Both the position numbers and the translations under genes were made by a program. Below, in pieces: positions 1 to 9,417 of a DNA stretch of 51,558 bases. Within the stretch, counting starts at the first letter, position 1. Each line of letters begins with the position of its first letter. Under the pieces are notes generated by a model. The model had not been told where the DNA came from. It did not search any database and saw nothing but the letters and a program-made list of their open reading frames with translations. The DNA is from an uncultured Candidatus Micrarchaeota archaeon (GTDB lineage: Archaea > Micrarchaeota > Micrarchaeia > Burarchaeales > Fermentimicrarchaeaceae): assembly GCA_903921825.1 (NCBI GenBank), contig CAIXRF010000020.1, forward strand, positions 1-51,558, read 5' to 3'.

Positions 1-58
1 AACTACTACTAACTACTACTCTATAACAAAAATAATAGGGGAAGTACGGGGTCCCCTT

Positions 59-607
59 CTATACCCCAACAGGCGCCCCAACAGCAACTTTCTCTTCAGA
101 AATGAACTGCCGCAAGGCAGTTGCGAGAGTAGGGGCGATAAGGAAGCAGAACAACATGTTCCCACCAACATGCGCGATAGAGAACGGAATCTGCCCAACA
201 ACCAAATTCAATAGAGGAATCCCGAACGGAAGGCCAAACGCAAGCATAGACACTACATCATAAACAATCGTTGCCGCCCCAGCGAGCAGCGCCATCTCCC
301 ACCTGCCAAGCGCCTTTCGTTTCAATCCAACATACCCAATAAACAACCCGGCAATGGCATAGCTCGGAGCGGTCAGCAGCGTCCACCAGCCCGCCCAACC
401 GAGGTACACATCATAGGCAGCACGCGTGGAAAGGCCGACCAGGAAACCAGCAACAGGCCCCCCAGCAAGGCCGGCGGATAGCACGAACGGCATGAGCAGC
501 TCCACATTAGGCGGTGCCCCGGCCGCCTTCAACCCAACACCCGCAACAGACGCGAGCAAAACCCATCCAACCAGACCAGCAAACTGCTTGCGCATACAAT
601 CACCCAT
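59..607 (-). CDS. ECF-transporter S-component-like polytopic membrane protein
   Basis: 182-aa ORF with an ATG start and about 6 hydrophobic Gly/Ala-rich helices. Its size and composition fit an ECF S component. It directly abuts the DUF4430-like gene (607/608). Confidence 0.5.
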   Translation of the reverse strand: MGDCMRKQFAGLVGWVLLASVAGVGLKAAGAPPNVELLMPFVLSAGLAGGPVAGFLVGLSTRAAYDVYLGWAGWWTLLTAPSYAIAGLFIGYVGLKRKALGRWEMALLAGAATIVYDVVSMLAFGLPFGIPLLNLVVGQIPFSIAHVGGNMLFCFLIAPTLATALRQFISEEKVAVGAPVGV

Positions 608-1558
608 TTATCTTGGCCGCCACGGGAACAGCCACGCCGCGGCGTTCCAATCTGTGAGAGCCCAATTACTTAAACCATCCGCAACATTCTTTCTTTCCAA
701 AACAGCGATCACCTTAGGCGGCACGGGCGTTGGGAGTTGGACGGGCGTAGGCGTGCTGCTCAAAACCAAGCCAGACTGCGTGCTATCCGTTGCGTTCTCC
801 GCAGCTACGCCACCAGCGCAATCCTCTGCGAAGATGTCTGTGTGCGTCGGGATGTACATCGGATTGAAGGCTTCAAAGTAATAATGCCCCGCGTGCGGCA
901 GCGCAATGCTCCCTTTCCCATCCCCATCCACCACAACCAAACCAATCTTCTCCCATTTTACACCGGGCGAGTATGCGAGCACGTTCACTTCAGCGAGAGG
1001 CATCACCCGCCCCTCCTCGTCAGCAACGCTGAAATTCACCTTGCCAACGCAGTTCCCGCCCAAACTCAGCACAAGGCCCAGCGTCTTCGGTTCACTCTTT
1101 TGCGCCTGCGGACCTGACTGAATGCATATGTCGCCAAACTGCTTGAACGTAGGCCGCTGCCCCCAGGTGCCCCACCTGAACCCAATCACACCGCCATCAC
1201 GGACAATCTGATAGTCGCCGTCCAGCGGGAAACCTATCCCAACATTCGAATACTGCCACGATCCCCCCTTCGAATAAAAGAATCCCCAGTAATTCGAGTC
1301 GCAGAAACAGTTGCTCGCAGGGCAGCCAACGGAGTCTATCCCGCACAGCCCCGGGCCATATGGGGGGAAATCTGCAGTTTCGATGCCGAAGCTCGAAGAC
1401 AGCAGCGCGTCATACGCAGTTATGACCCCCGAAAACTCGACGCAGTCGGTGGCGAACGTGCTGTCATCATACTGGACAACTATGCCAACCCTATCGGCTG
1501 CCACCACGCAAGACAGCGCAGCGAGCAATACGAACAGAGCAACAAATTTCATCCCCAT
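608..1558 (-). CDS. Secreted DUF4430-like (transcobalamin beta-domain-like) protein with a C-terminal beta-sandwich and PT-rich tail
   Basis: N-terminal signal/TM MKFVALFVLLAALSCVVA. The block ITAYDALL...NYWGFFYSKGGSWQYSNVGIG...DGGVIGFRWG matches the DUF4430 pattern. It is followed by a transthyretin/CarboxypepD_reg-like segment and a TPTPVQLPTPVPP tail. Confidence 0.55.
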   Translation of the reverse strand: MGMKFVALFVLLAALSCVVAADRVGIVVQYDDSTFATDCVEFSGVITAYDALLSSSFGIETADFPPYGPGLCGIDSVGCPASNCFCDSNYWGFFYSKGGSWQYSNVGIGFPLDGDYQIVRDGGVIGFRWGTWGQRPTFKQFGDICIQSGPQAQKSEPKTLGLVLSLGGNCVGKVNFSVADEEGRVMPLAEVNVLAYSPGVKWEKIGLVVVDGDGKGSIALPHAGHYYFEAFNPMYIPTHTDIFAEDCAGGVAAENATDSTQSGLVLSSTPTPVQLPTPVPPKVIAVLERKNVADGLSNWALTDWNAAAWLFPWRPR

Positions 1559-1583
1559 AGCACCAACCCCACGAAACGCTTAT

Positions 1584-2213
1584 ATGGACGATTCATCCAG
1601 CTTTAAATTAATGCCCAAACCCATCCAGCTCCTCACCGAGACCCGGAAGCGATACGGCCCTGCGCCACGCTTCATGCAGCCGGATATAATGCGCGCGCTG
1701 TGGCGCCTCGAGCGCCGCACCGGCCGCGCGCGCCTGGCAGCCAGCCTCCAGCTCGGCGAAGGCAGCATGCGCACCATCCTCAACAGGCTCTCCTCGCTGG
1801 GCCTCATAGACTCCGCGCCAATGGGCCACAAGCTCACGAAGCAGGGCTTTGCCTACCTGCGGCGCACGAAGCAGAAAGCCCCGTCAATCCAGCCTATCTC
1901 CCCTTCCAAACTGACCTTCAGCCAGCCGGCGCTGTCGATGCGCGTCCGGCGCATAGCCAGAAAGATAAACCCCCTCCAGCTGCGGGACGAGGCGGTGCGC
2001 GCCGGCGCGAACGGCAGCGTCATCCTCCGGTTCGAAGGCGGGCGGCTGATAATCCCTCCTTTCCATGCGCCAACGCACCGTGAATATGCACGCGAGCTCG
2101 CCGCCATCCAGGCATCATGCGGGCTCGTGGAAGGAGACGTGCTCCTAATCGCGTACGGCGGAAGCGAGGCATCGCTGGAGCGCGCCCTGTGGCGCGCCTT
2201 CACCAGACTCTAG
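1584..2213 (+). CDS. DUF4443-like archaeal protein with an N-terminal winged-helix domain
   Basis: ATG at 1584 is the first start that does not overlap the upstream divergent gene; the longest ORF uses TTG at 1311. The segment RARLAASLQLGEGSMRTILNRLSSLGLI is wHTH-like. Confidence 0.6.
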   Translation: MDDSSSFKLMPKPIQLLTETRKRYGPAPRFMQPDIMRALWRLERRTGRARLAASLQLGEGSMRTILNRLSSLGLIDSAPMGHKLTKQGFAYLRRTKQKAPSIQPISPSKLTFSQPALSMRVRRIARKINPLQLRDEAVRAGANGSVILRFEGGRLIIPPFHAPTHREYARELAAIQASCGLVEGDVLLIAYGGSEASLERALWRAFTRL

Positions 2214-2243
2214 CCTTTTATTCCACCGCTGCAAAATCCGCCC

Positions 2244-2636
2244 GTGGATGTTGATTTTGCCACCGACGTGCAGGGGCGCGTCGAGCGAATAGTCGAAGTC
2301 CTTGGCCTCGGGCACATCAACCAGTTCCGCATAATCTGCATGCGCTCGAAAGGTGCGAAGGCAAACGCATACGCCCGGATATGGAACCTGCCGCGCATCT
2401 GGCAAAAGGCCCTCGGAGTGCGCGCTTATTACGTAATTGAGGTCCTCTCCGAGAATTACGACCCCCTGGGCGAGGAGGAGCGCGACAGGGTCCTCATACA
2501 CGAGCTCATGCACATACCGAAGACCTTCAGCGGCGCGTTAGTCCCCCACCTCTGCTTCGGGAAGCGCATCAGCTGGAGCACGGTGGCGAAGGTCTACGAG
2601 GTTTACAAGGCGCGCGAGCGCGGGGCGGGCAATTAA
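2244..2636 (+). CDS. Putative small Zn metallopeptidase (HExxH; archaeal COG4900-like)
   Basis: GTG start. HELMH motif in LIHELMHIPKTFSGAL, plus ARIWNLPRIWQ and YVIEVLSE blocks typical of this archaeal family. The stop abuts the next gene's ATG at 2637. Confidence 0.65.
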   Translation: MDVDFATDVQGRVERIVEVLGLGHINQFRIICMRSKGAKANAYARIWNLPRIWQKALGVRAYYVIEVLSENYDPLGEEERDRVLIHELMHIPKTFSGALVPHLCFGKRISWSTVAKVYEVYKARERGAGN

Positions 2637-3416
2637 ATGGAATACGCGCGCTTCCTCGCGATGAGCGTCCTCCTAATAATCGCAGTGCTGGCCACTGCCT
2701 ACCTGATGATAAACATAGTGCAGCGGTACGCCGCTACTCCAACTCCCACCCCCAAACCATGCAGCCTCGCGGCCATAGAAGAGGTATACCTCGCAAAGAT
2801 ACGTGGCGGCTCGGAAATAAGTGACGCTGTCCAGCAGGCAATTGCCCAGTTCGGCAGTGCGCAAGACTCGGATGCGCTTGTATTCAAGTCCCAGCTCAAC
2901 GAGAACGAGCGGGAGAACGTCATAACCCCGGCGGAGCACGCGCAGCTCCTCAATGCCATAGCTGCATACCGCTTCGTGCGCGACAACATCACCTACAGCG
3001 CGGGCGTGGTTGGGATAGAGCGCGCGCAGGATGACATCACAACGCTCAAATCACGCCAGGGCAAATGCGACGAGAAGTCCCTGCTCCTCATATCCATGTT
3101 CCGCGTCCTCAACATCAGCAGTGGGATGGAAGCCCTCTCGACCCACGGAGCGCTCAGTGTGGATGCCTGCGCTTCGGAGGGTATATGCACCTGCCTCGTG
3201 CAGGCGGACCATGTGGTCGTCACCGCCAAGCTCCCAGCATTCGCGAAGCTCAGGACGTTCAGCAGCCTTCCCCACTACACCGGCACAGGATTCTGCACCA
3301 AGGGTGGCTACATCGTCCTCGACCCTACGTGCAGCGACTGCCCATTTGCCTTCGGCCGCAACTGCACGGTTTCGATAACAATATTAAACAGCACGGCGAA
3401 TCAAACTGCGGGGTGA
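2637..3416 (+). CDS. Membrane-anchored transglutaminase-like (Cys-His-Asp) protein
   Basis: N-terminal TM helix followed by a TPTPTPKP linker. Core motifs are RQGKCDEKSLLLISMFRVL (Cys), QADHVVVT (His) and YIVLDPT (Asp). Confidence 0.6.
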   Translation: MEYARFLAMSVLLIIAVLATAYLMINIVQRYAATPTPTPKPCSLAAIEEVYLAKIRGGSEISDAVQQAIAQFGSAQDSDALVFKSQLNENERENVITPAEHAQLLNAIAAYRFVRDNITYSAGVVGIERAQDDITTLKSRQGKCDEKSLLLISMFRVLNISSGMEALSTHGALSVDACASEGICTCLVQADHVVVTAKLPAFAKLRTFSSLPHYTGTGFCTKGGYIVLDPTCSDCPFAFGRNCTVSITILNSTANQTAG

Positions 3417-3422
3417 ATTAAA

Positions 3423-4313
3423 ATGCATGGAATTGCCGGCATCATCACAGTGCTCCTGCTTGCCACAGCCGTCTTGGCAGCACAACATACTCTTTCAGCG
3501 TCAGTACCGGACGGCGCAAGCACGCTCCGCATCCCGAACTGCAACAACGTTGACGGGCCTTCGAAGCAGCACATACGGGTAACCATCGACAACCCGCTGC
3601 CTGACTTCATGGCGGTCAACTACTACCTTTACAACCTCTCGTCAAACGAGTGGGAAAGTATGGGCAAGCTCTGCAACGTCCCGGGCATGCAGATGAACGC
3701 GTGCGATGCCGACCTGCTCATAGCCACAGGCAACCAGGGCAACGCAACAACCACGCACGACCTCATCAGGCTCGTCGCGACGACGGAGACCTCGCAGGAC
3801 ACGTATGAGAAGACCTTCTCCTTCGCAGTGACCCACTATGCTGCGGACAGGGAGGCGACCCTCGTCTCGCAGATAGCGGCCAACTACACCGCGCTCTCGC
3901 GCGCCCGCGACCAATGCGCCGCGAAGCCGGCATGCTGCACTGCGGCCCTCTCTGTCAACCTTGATACTGCGTGGCTGAGATTCCAGACAGCCAACGAGTC
4001 CGTGAGCGGGTGCCATCTCGTGGATGCATACAGCCTGCTCCAGCAGGGCGAACTGCTCGTGAGGAACACCACAACTACACTCACACCGTGCAACCTGCAG
4101 GCAACGCCAACCCCAGCAACAACGCCGTTGCACACCCCCACACCAGCACCGTCTCCATCGCAAACAGCGTCAGCAACCCCGGTCGGGGAAACACCGACTC
4201 CGGCAGAGAGTGTGACACCATCAGCAACGCCTACCCCCACACCCGGAAAGACATGCCCCGTCGGCCTGTTGCTTATGGCGCTGGGCGCAGGCACCTTCCT
4301 GCTCAAACGCTAG
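3423..4313 (+). CDS. Surface protein with N-terminal signal, PT-rich stalk and C-terminal TM anchor
   Basis: Signal MHGIAGIITVLLLATAVLAA. C-terminus ATPTPATTPLHTPTPAPSPS...TPTPTPGKTCPVGLLLMALGAGTFLLKR is a linker, a hydrophobic helix and a KR tail. Confidence 0.6.
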   Translation: MHGIAGIITVLLLATAVLAAQHTLSASVPDGASTLRIPNCNNVDGPSKQHIRVTIDNPLPDFMAVNYYLYNLSSNEWESMGKLCNVPGMQMNACDADLLIATGNQGNATTTHDLIRLVATTETSQDTYEKTFSFAVTHYAADREATLVSQIAANYTALSRARDQCAAKPACCTAALSVNLDTAWLRFQTANESVSGCHLVDAYSLLQQGELLVRNTTTTLTPCNLQATPTPATTPLHTPTPAPSPSQTASATPVGETPTPAESVTPSATPTPTPGKTCPVGLLLMALGAGTFLLKR

Positions 4314-4836
4314 GTGCGCCCACTCTTTTCATTTTTCCAAAAATAGCGCGAGCCTTAGCCCTCAATTCCCCATCAACTTCGAGCAGCACCATCCCTCTTT
4401 TCGGCTGGCCATAGACTACGGGAGTCCCGTTCCGTGCGTAGATTAGCACGACAAGCGCGGCAAGGTCCTCTTCGCCAATTACGAGTATCTTCCCCCTGCC
4501 TCTCTGTAGCACCCTCCTGACCGTGGTGACTAACCCATCAGTGATGAACCCAGGCGGGTTTGCGACGCGCAGCGCTTTGCCATCGTACGCATCGAGCCGT
4601 GCTGCAAGGGCGCCCCTGACTGGCTCGCGGAGGCAGCGGTGGTCGTATATCACCACCGCAGGGTGTATGCCGCCCCTGAGAAGTGCTCCCGAGCAGAAAT
4701 CCCCGACCGAAACAACGTTCCTCTTCCCCTTGAGAAGGGAAACCGCCCGTCTCCCGCTCACGACTTTCCCCAGCGGCCGCCGCAGGATGGCGCGCGTTTC
4801 AGCAGTCAGCTTCTTCACACGAAGGATTTCGCCCAA
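4303..4836 (-). CDS. GTP-dependent dephospho-CoA kinase (DUF359 family)
   Basis: Motifs VSVGDFCS, VIYDHRCLR, VANPPGFIT, VIGEEDLAALV and VVYGQPKRGMV. The longest ORF starts at TTG 4836. GTG at 4818, about 25 nt from the TATA at 4840-4851, is an equally good leaderless start. Confidence 0.75.
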   Translation of the reverse strand: MGEILRVKKLTAETRAILRRPLGKVVSGRRAVSLLKGKRNVVSVGDFCSGALLRGGIHPAVVIYDHRCLREPVRGALAARLDAYDGKALRVANPPGFITDGLVTTVRRVLQRGRGKILVIGEEDLAALVVLIYARNGTPVVYGQPKRGMVLLEVDGELRAKARAIFGKMKRVGAPSV

Positions 4837-4880
4837 GAGTTATAAATATCCCCCCGCAAAATCTTTACGTCGGTGTTACA

Positions 4881-5783
4881 ATGGCTGGAGGGTGGAGATG
4901 GGGGCTGCTGCTCGTGCTTGCGATAGCCCTGCTCGCAGCCTACGGCTCGCTCTCGCTCCAGGTCAGCTCGGCAACTCACGTCTTCCTCGACCTTGCGCCG
5001 AAGCTCGGCCTCACCCTGCTTGCGATTTTCGCCGGTAAGGTCGTCCTCGACGTCCTCGCGCAGCTCATCGGGAACGTAGTCCGGCCGCCGGAGCTGCGCC
5101 GGACCGTGCGCGACCTCGTGGCACTCGCCGTCTGGCTCCTCGTTTCGCTAGCCATCCTCGCAGTTTTCATCGGGGATATGAGCGCCCTGCTCATAGCCGT
5201 CGGTCTCATAGGATTCGGCCTCACATTCTCGCTCCAGAAGCCCATCCTTTCATTCGTGGGCTGGTTCGCGATAGTTTCGCAGCGCATCTACAAGGAAGGG
5301 GACATGGTGGAGATCGAGGGGATAAAGGGCGATGTCGTTGCAGTCGGCCTGCTCACGACCACCATCCGCTCCGCGGGCGAGGAGGAGGGGAAGGCCGTTG
5401 TCCTGCCGAACCTCACCGTACTCGAGCACCCGGTCACGAATTACACACAGGACTTCCCATACGTTTGGGACGAGGTCTCCCTTCCCCTGCCGGAAGGGGC
5501 GGACGCGGCGCACCTGAAGAACATCCTGCTCGGTGCCAGCGACGAGATTATAGGGAACAGGAAGATGGCCGAGAACGCGAAGGAATACGTGCGCCTGCTG
5601 CAGGGCTCGGGCGTCGCAGTCCGGAAGCACGCGCCGGAAGTCCTATTCTCGCTGCGCGGCGATGGCGCGGTGCTCACGCTGAGGTACATAGTCCAGGTAA
5701 GGCAGAGGGAGAGCGTGAAATCGGCGCTCAGCGCAAGGATACTGAAATCACTCAGGGAAAAGAGCGCGAAGCGGGGCGACTAG
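4881..5783 (+). CDS. mscS: Small-conductance mechanosensitive channel (MscS family)
   Basis: N-terminal TM helices followed by GFGLTFSLQKPILSFVGWFAIVSQRIYKEGDMVEIEGIKGDVVAVGLLTTTIR, the MscS pore helix and beta domain. Confidence 0.8.
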   Translation: MAGGWRWGLLLVLAIALLAAYGSLSLQVSSATHVFLDLAPKLGLTLLAIFAGKVVLDVLAQLIGNVVRPPELRRTVRDLVALAVWLLVSLAILAVFIGDMSALLIAVGLIGFGLTFSLQKPILSFVGWFAIVSQRIYKEGDMVEIEGIKGDVVAVGLLTTTIRSAGEEEGKAVVLPNLTVLEHPVTNYTQDFPYVWDEVSLPLPEGADAAHLKNILLGASDEIIGNRKMAENAKEYVRLLQGSGVAVRKHAPEVLFSLRGDGAVLTLRYIVQVRQRESVKSALSARILKSLREKSAKRGD

Positions 5784-5786
5784 CGC

Positions 5787-6449
5787 TTATTCGAGGACTT
5801 TGGCCCGGTCCTTCCCACCAACAACTACCACTGGCCTGTTTCTGGTGAATATTCCGTTCGCGACAACTCCCGGGATGCACTGCAGGCCGCTTTCGAGCCT
5901 TCCCGGGTTCGCAACCTTCCCAAACCCCGCGTCGATTATCCAGTTGCCGTTGTCCGTGACTATCGGCCCGCACTTTCCGCATCCGCACCTGACCGAAACC
6001 TTCGCGCCAAACTCCCCTGCGATTTCCCGGGCAACGGGCGAAGCCGCGAAGGGAATCACCTCAACAGGGACAATCCCCCGGAAATCGGGCTTCATCTTCG
6101 ACTCATCGACTACGCAAACGAACTTCTTCGCGAGGTAATCAACCACCTTCTCCCTAGCAAGCGCGCCGCCCATCCCCTTTATGAGGTTGCGGCTCGGGTC
6201 CACAAGGTCCGCGCCATCAACGGCAACGTCAATCCCCTTCACCTGGTCGAGTTCCGCGAGGCAAAGGCCAGCCCTGACTGCGATTGCGCGCGCGTCGTGC
6301 GACGTGGCCACGCAGGCAACGTCCAGCTTCTTGCCGCCCAGCATCTCAATGAACAGGGCAGCGGTGCTCCCACTCCCAAGGCCCACAACCATCCCATCTT
6401 TGATGAAGCCCAGCGCCTTCCTCGCGGCGCTCGCCTTCGGGGAATCCAT
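5787..6449 (-). CDS. rpiA: Ribose-5-phosphate isomerase A
   Basis: GMVVGLGSGSTAALFIE, DVAVDGADLVD and LIKGMGGALAREKVV motifs. Confidence 0.9.
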   Translation of the reverse strand: MDSPKASAARKALGFIKDGMVVGLGSGSTAALFIEMLGGKKLDVACVATSHDARAIAVRAGLCLAELDQVKGIDVAVDGADLVDPSRNLIKGMGGALAREKVVDYLAKKFVCVVDESKMKPDFRGIVPVEVIPFAASPVAREIAGEFGAKVSVRCGCGKCGPIVTDNGNWIIDAGFGKVANPGRLESGLQCIPGVVANGIFTRNRPVVVVGGKDRAKVLE

Positions 6450-6483
6450 AATCTTTTATTATGCGGGGCACCTTTAAAACTCC

Positions 6484-6960
6484 ATGCGAGCCGAGAAGGC
6501 GCAAACGGCAGTCGAGTTCCTCACATCGAACAGCGGTGCGGTCGTGCTCATCCTGCTGCTCGTGGTGCTGCTCTTCTACATAGGCATATCGAACTCGAGC
6601 TTCAAGCAGCAAAGCTGCTCTTTCGAGGGGTTCTTCAGCTGCCACTCCTACAAGATTGACAGCAGCGCCGGCCTCGCGCTGGAGACTGGGCAGGCCACCG
6701 GAGGGTCGGTAATCGTCTACGCAATTTCCTGCACGTCCTCGCCGGAAGGCCTCCCGGTGTTCCAGGCGCTCAGCAATGCCGTCTTCATCCCGCACGGCGA
6801 CTACCGCTACATCGCAGGCGGAAATTCCGGGAACATCATCCACTGCGGGGCGCCGGAGCGCGGTGACTCCTTCAGGCAGAAGATTTGCCTCGTCTATTCC
6901 GCAGTGGACTTCCGGGTCAACCATACTGCCTGCGGAAATCTCGCTACGCGAGTGGAGTAA
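6484..6960 (+). CDS. Archaeal type IV pilin-like protein (class III signal peptide)
   Basis: N-terminus MRAEKAQTAVEFLTSNSGAVVLILLLVVLL matches the K-[AG]-Q / xxxE[FY]L prepilin-peptidase site followed by a hydrophobic helix. Confidence 0.6.
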   Translation: MRAEKAQTAVEFLTSNSGAVVLILLLVVLLFYIGISNSSFKQQSCSFEGFFSCHSYKIDSSAGLALETGQATGGSVIVYAISCTSSPEGLPVFQALSNAVFIPHGDYRYIAGGNSGNIIHCGAPERGDSFRQKICLVYSAVDFRVNHTACGNLATRVE

Positions 6961-6967
6961 TGGACCG

Positions 6968-9379
6968 ATGCGCGCAATTTTGATAGACTGTGATTACGTT
7001 ACGAGCAAGCGGAGAGGAACGGCCGCGGTGCGGCTGCTGATGAAGCGGAAGCGCTTCTTCCGCCTCTACGACACGAAGTTCGAGCCCTACTTCTACGTCC
7101 ACGCCCGCGGCGCACCCGGCGAGGCGAGGGAGGAGGCTGCGAAGATTTCAATGCTAGTGAACGGGGAGAGCATCGCCCCGTCGCGCACGGAGCTGGTGGA
7201 GAAGCTGCTTCTCGGGAAGCCGGTGCAGCTGGTGAAAGTCTTCTGCAAGCATCCAACGCACGTGCGCATGCTCCGCGAGCGTGCGAAGGCGCTCGGAACA
7301 GTGTATGAGGCGGACCTGCCTTTTGCCCGCCGCTACCTCATTGACAAGGGCCTGACCCCATTCTACAGCCTCGAGTTCAAGCGCAAGGGAAAGGAGATCG
7401 CAGAGCTCCTCTCCAGTTCGCCTACCCATGAGCTTAAGCTCCGCAGCCTCGCCTTCGACATTGAAACTTACAACCCGAAAGGCTCACCGCGTCCGGAGAA
7501 GGACCCGATGGTGATGCTGAGCTACGCAGACGAAGAGAGCGGTGTCATAACCTACAAGCAAATCCCACTGCCCTTCGTCAAGACGGTCGCCGGCGAGAAG
7601 CAGCTCCTCGAAGAATTCTCCCGCCTCGTGAAGGAGAGGGACGTCGAACTCCTGCTGGGATACAACGACGTCGCCTTCGACCTCCCCTACCTGAAAGAAA
7701 GGGCCAAGGCCACCGGCGCCTCCCTCATCCTCGGCAGGGACGGCAAGTCCTCCTTCAGGACGCAGAGCCGTGGCCTCTTTTCCTACGCGAAGATAAAGGG
7801 CAGGCTCCACGCCGACATCTATGCGGTGGCGAAGTTCCTCAGCCTCATAGGCGCGCTCAAGACCAAGCGCATAACCCTGGGCGAGGTCTTCTCCGAGATG
7901 TTCGGGGAGGAGAAGAAAACGGTGAAGAAGCAGGACATCTGGCGCCTGTGGGACGGCGGCGAGGAGGACCTGAAGACACTCGCGGAATATTCGCTCCACG
8001 ACGCAATCGCAACGAAGCGGATAGCGGACGAAGTGCTCCCGCTGGAGTTTGAGCTCTCGAAGCTGGCGGGTGCCTCCCTCCAGGAGGTCTGCGGCGCGAC
8101 AACCGGGCAGCTCGTTGAGATGCTCCTTTGGCGGGAGGCGCACAACCAGAACCGCGTAGTGCCGAACAAACCTGATGCGGACGAGGTGCGCGCAAGGGAG
8201 AACGCGCCCGTGCAGGGCGCATACGTCAAGCTGCCCGAGGCCGGAATCTACGAGGGCCTCGCGGTCTTCGACTTCCGTGGGATGTACCCCTCAATAATTA
8301 TCTCCCACAACATCGACATGGATACGCTGAACTGCGACGACTGCACGGATGCAGAGAAGCACGTTTCTCCGCTCGGGCACAAGTTCTGCTCGAAGAGGAA
8401 GGGTCTCATCCCCTCTGTGCTCGAACGCCTCATCGATGAGCGCGACAGGCTCAAGAAGGAGCTGAAGAAGCACGCCCCCGACTCGGCGGAATACAAGCCG
8501 CTTTTCGCGCGCTCCCAGGCGCTTAAGATACTGAGCAACAGCTTCTACGGCTTCCTCCTCTACTCGCGGAGCAGGTGGTATTCGCGGCCGTGCGGCGAGT
8601 CCGTCACCTCTTACGGGAGGCAGTACATACAAGATACGATAAGGAAGGCGGAGGAGGCAGGATTCCACGTCCTCTACTCCGACACGGACTCCATAGTTAT
8701 GCAGCTCAGCGGGAAAACCAAGGAGGAGGCGCTCGCGTTCATGAAGGCGATAAACGCCGCGCTTCCGGGCAGGATGGAGCTCGAGCTCGAGGCGTTCTAC
8801 CCCCGCGGCGTCTTCGTGGGGAAGAAGCTCTCCGGCGCGAAGGCGGAGGTCGGGGCGAAGAAGAAATACGCGCTAATCGGCGAGGACGGCAGGATAAAAA
8901 TAAGGGGCTTCGAGCTCGTGCGCAGGGACTGGTCGCGCGTAGCGAGGCACACGCAGCAGAGAATTCTCGAGGCAATCCTGAAGGAGGGAAGCAAGGAGAA
9001 GGCGGCTGAAATCGTCCGCGGGGTCATCCAGGACCTCCGCGAGGGGAGGGTGAAGCTCGAGGACTGCGTCATCTACACGCAGATAAGGAAGAGCCTGAAG
9101 AACTACGCGATCACTTCCCCGGAGGTCGCGGCAGCGCAGAAGGCGATAAAGGCGGGCATTCCTGTTGAAGTTGGCACCCTCGTCGGCTACGTCGTCACGA
9201 AGAAGGGTAAGTCCATCTCGGAGAAGGCGCAGCTCGTGGAGCTCGCTGAGGACTACGACCCAAACTATTACATCGACCACCAGGTGCTCCCCGCGGTGAT
9301 GAAGATAATGAAGGAGCTGGGCTACGAGGAGTCGGACCTCAAGGGCGAGGGAAAGCAGTCAAGGCTCGGCTCATGGTGA
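6968..9379 (+). CDS. polB: Family B DNA polymerase
   Basis: Exo motifs FDIETY, YNDVAFDLPYL and YSLHDA. Pol motifs DFRGMYPSIIISHNI (A), KILSNSFYG (B) and YSDTDS (C). ATG 6968 (MRAILIDCDYV) was chosen; the ORF extension back to 6776 overlaps the pilin gene. Confidence 0.95.
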   Translation: MRAILIDCDYVTSKRRGTAAVRLLMKRKRFFRLYDTKFEPYFYVHARGAPGEAREEAAKISMLVNGESIAPSRTELVEKLLLGKPVQLVKVFCKHPTHVRMLRERAKALGTVYEADLPFARRYLIDKGLTPFYSLEFKRKGKEIAELLSSSPTHELKLRSLAFDIETYNPKGSPRPEKDPMVMLSYADEESGVITYKQIPLPFVKTVAGEKQLLEEFSRLVKERDVELLLGYNDVAFDLPYLKERAKATGASLILGRDGKSSFRTQSRGLFSYAKIKGRLHADIYAVAKFLSLIGALKTKRITLGEVFSEMFGEEKKTVKKQDIWRLWDGGEEDLKTLAEYSLHDAIATKRIADEVLPLEFELSKLAGASLQEVCGATTGQLVEMLLWREAHNQNRVVPNKPDADEVRARENAPVQGAYVKLPEAGIYEGLAVFDFRGMYPSIIISHNIDMDTLNCDDCTDAEKHVSPLGHKFCSKRKGLIPSVLERLIDERDRLKKELKKHAPDSAEYKPLFARSQALKILSNSFYGFLLYSRSRWYSRPCGESVTSYGRQYIQDTIRKAEEAGFHVLYSDTDSIVMQLSGKTKEEALAFMKAINAALPGRMELELEAFYPRGVFVGKKLSGAKAEVGAKKKYALIGEDGRIKIRGFELVRRDWSRVARHTQQRILEAILKEGSKEKAAEIVRGVIQDLREGRVKLEDCVIYTQIRKSLKNYAITSPEVAAAQKAIKAGIPVEVGTLVGYVVTKKGKSISEKAQLVELAEDYDPNYYIDHQVLPAVMKIMKELGYEESDLKGEGKQSRLGSW

Positions 9380-9417
9380 GCGCAATACTCTTTTAATCCA
9401 CGCAACCAAATCCACGC

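Noticed and set aside
1-20. Tandem aactactact x2 at the window edge
   Set aside because: There are only two 10-bp units and they are truncated by the window boundary, so they cannot be evaluated.
1311-1583. TTG-initiated 91-aa extension of the DUF4443-like ORF
   Set aside because: It lies entirely antisense to the 608-1558 coding region. ATG 1584 sits just beyond that gene's start and gives a normal-length protein.
6776-6967. N-terminal 64-aa extension of the DNA polymerase ORF
   Set aside because: It would overlap the pilin-like gene by about 185 nt, and the extension is Ser/Thr/Arg-rich noise. MRAILIDCDYV at 6968 matches the usual PolB N-terminus.
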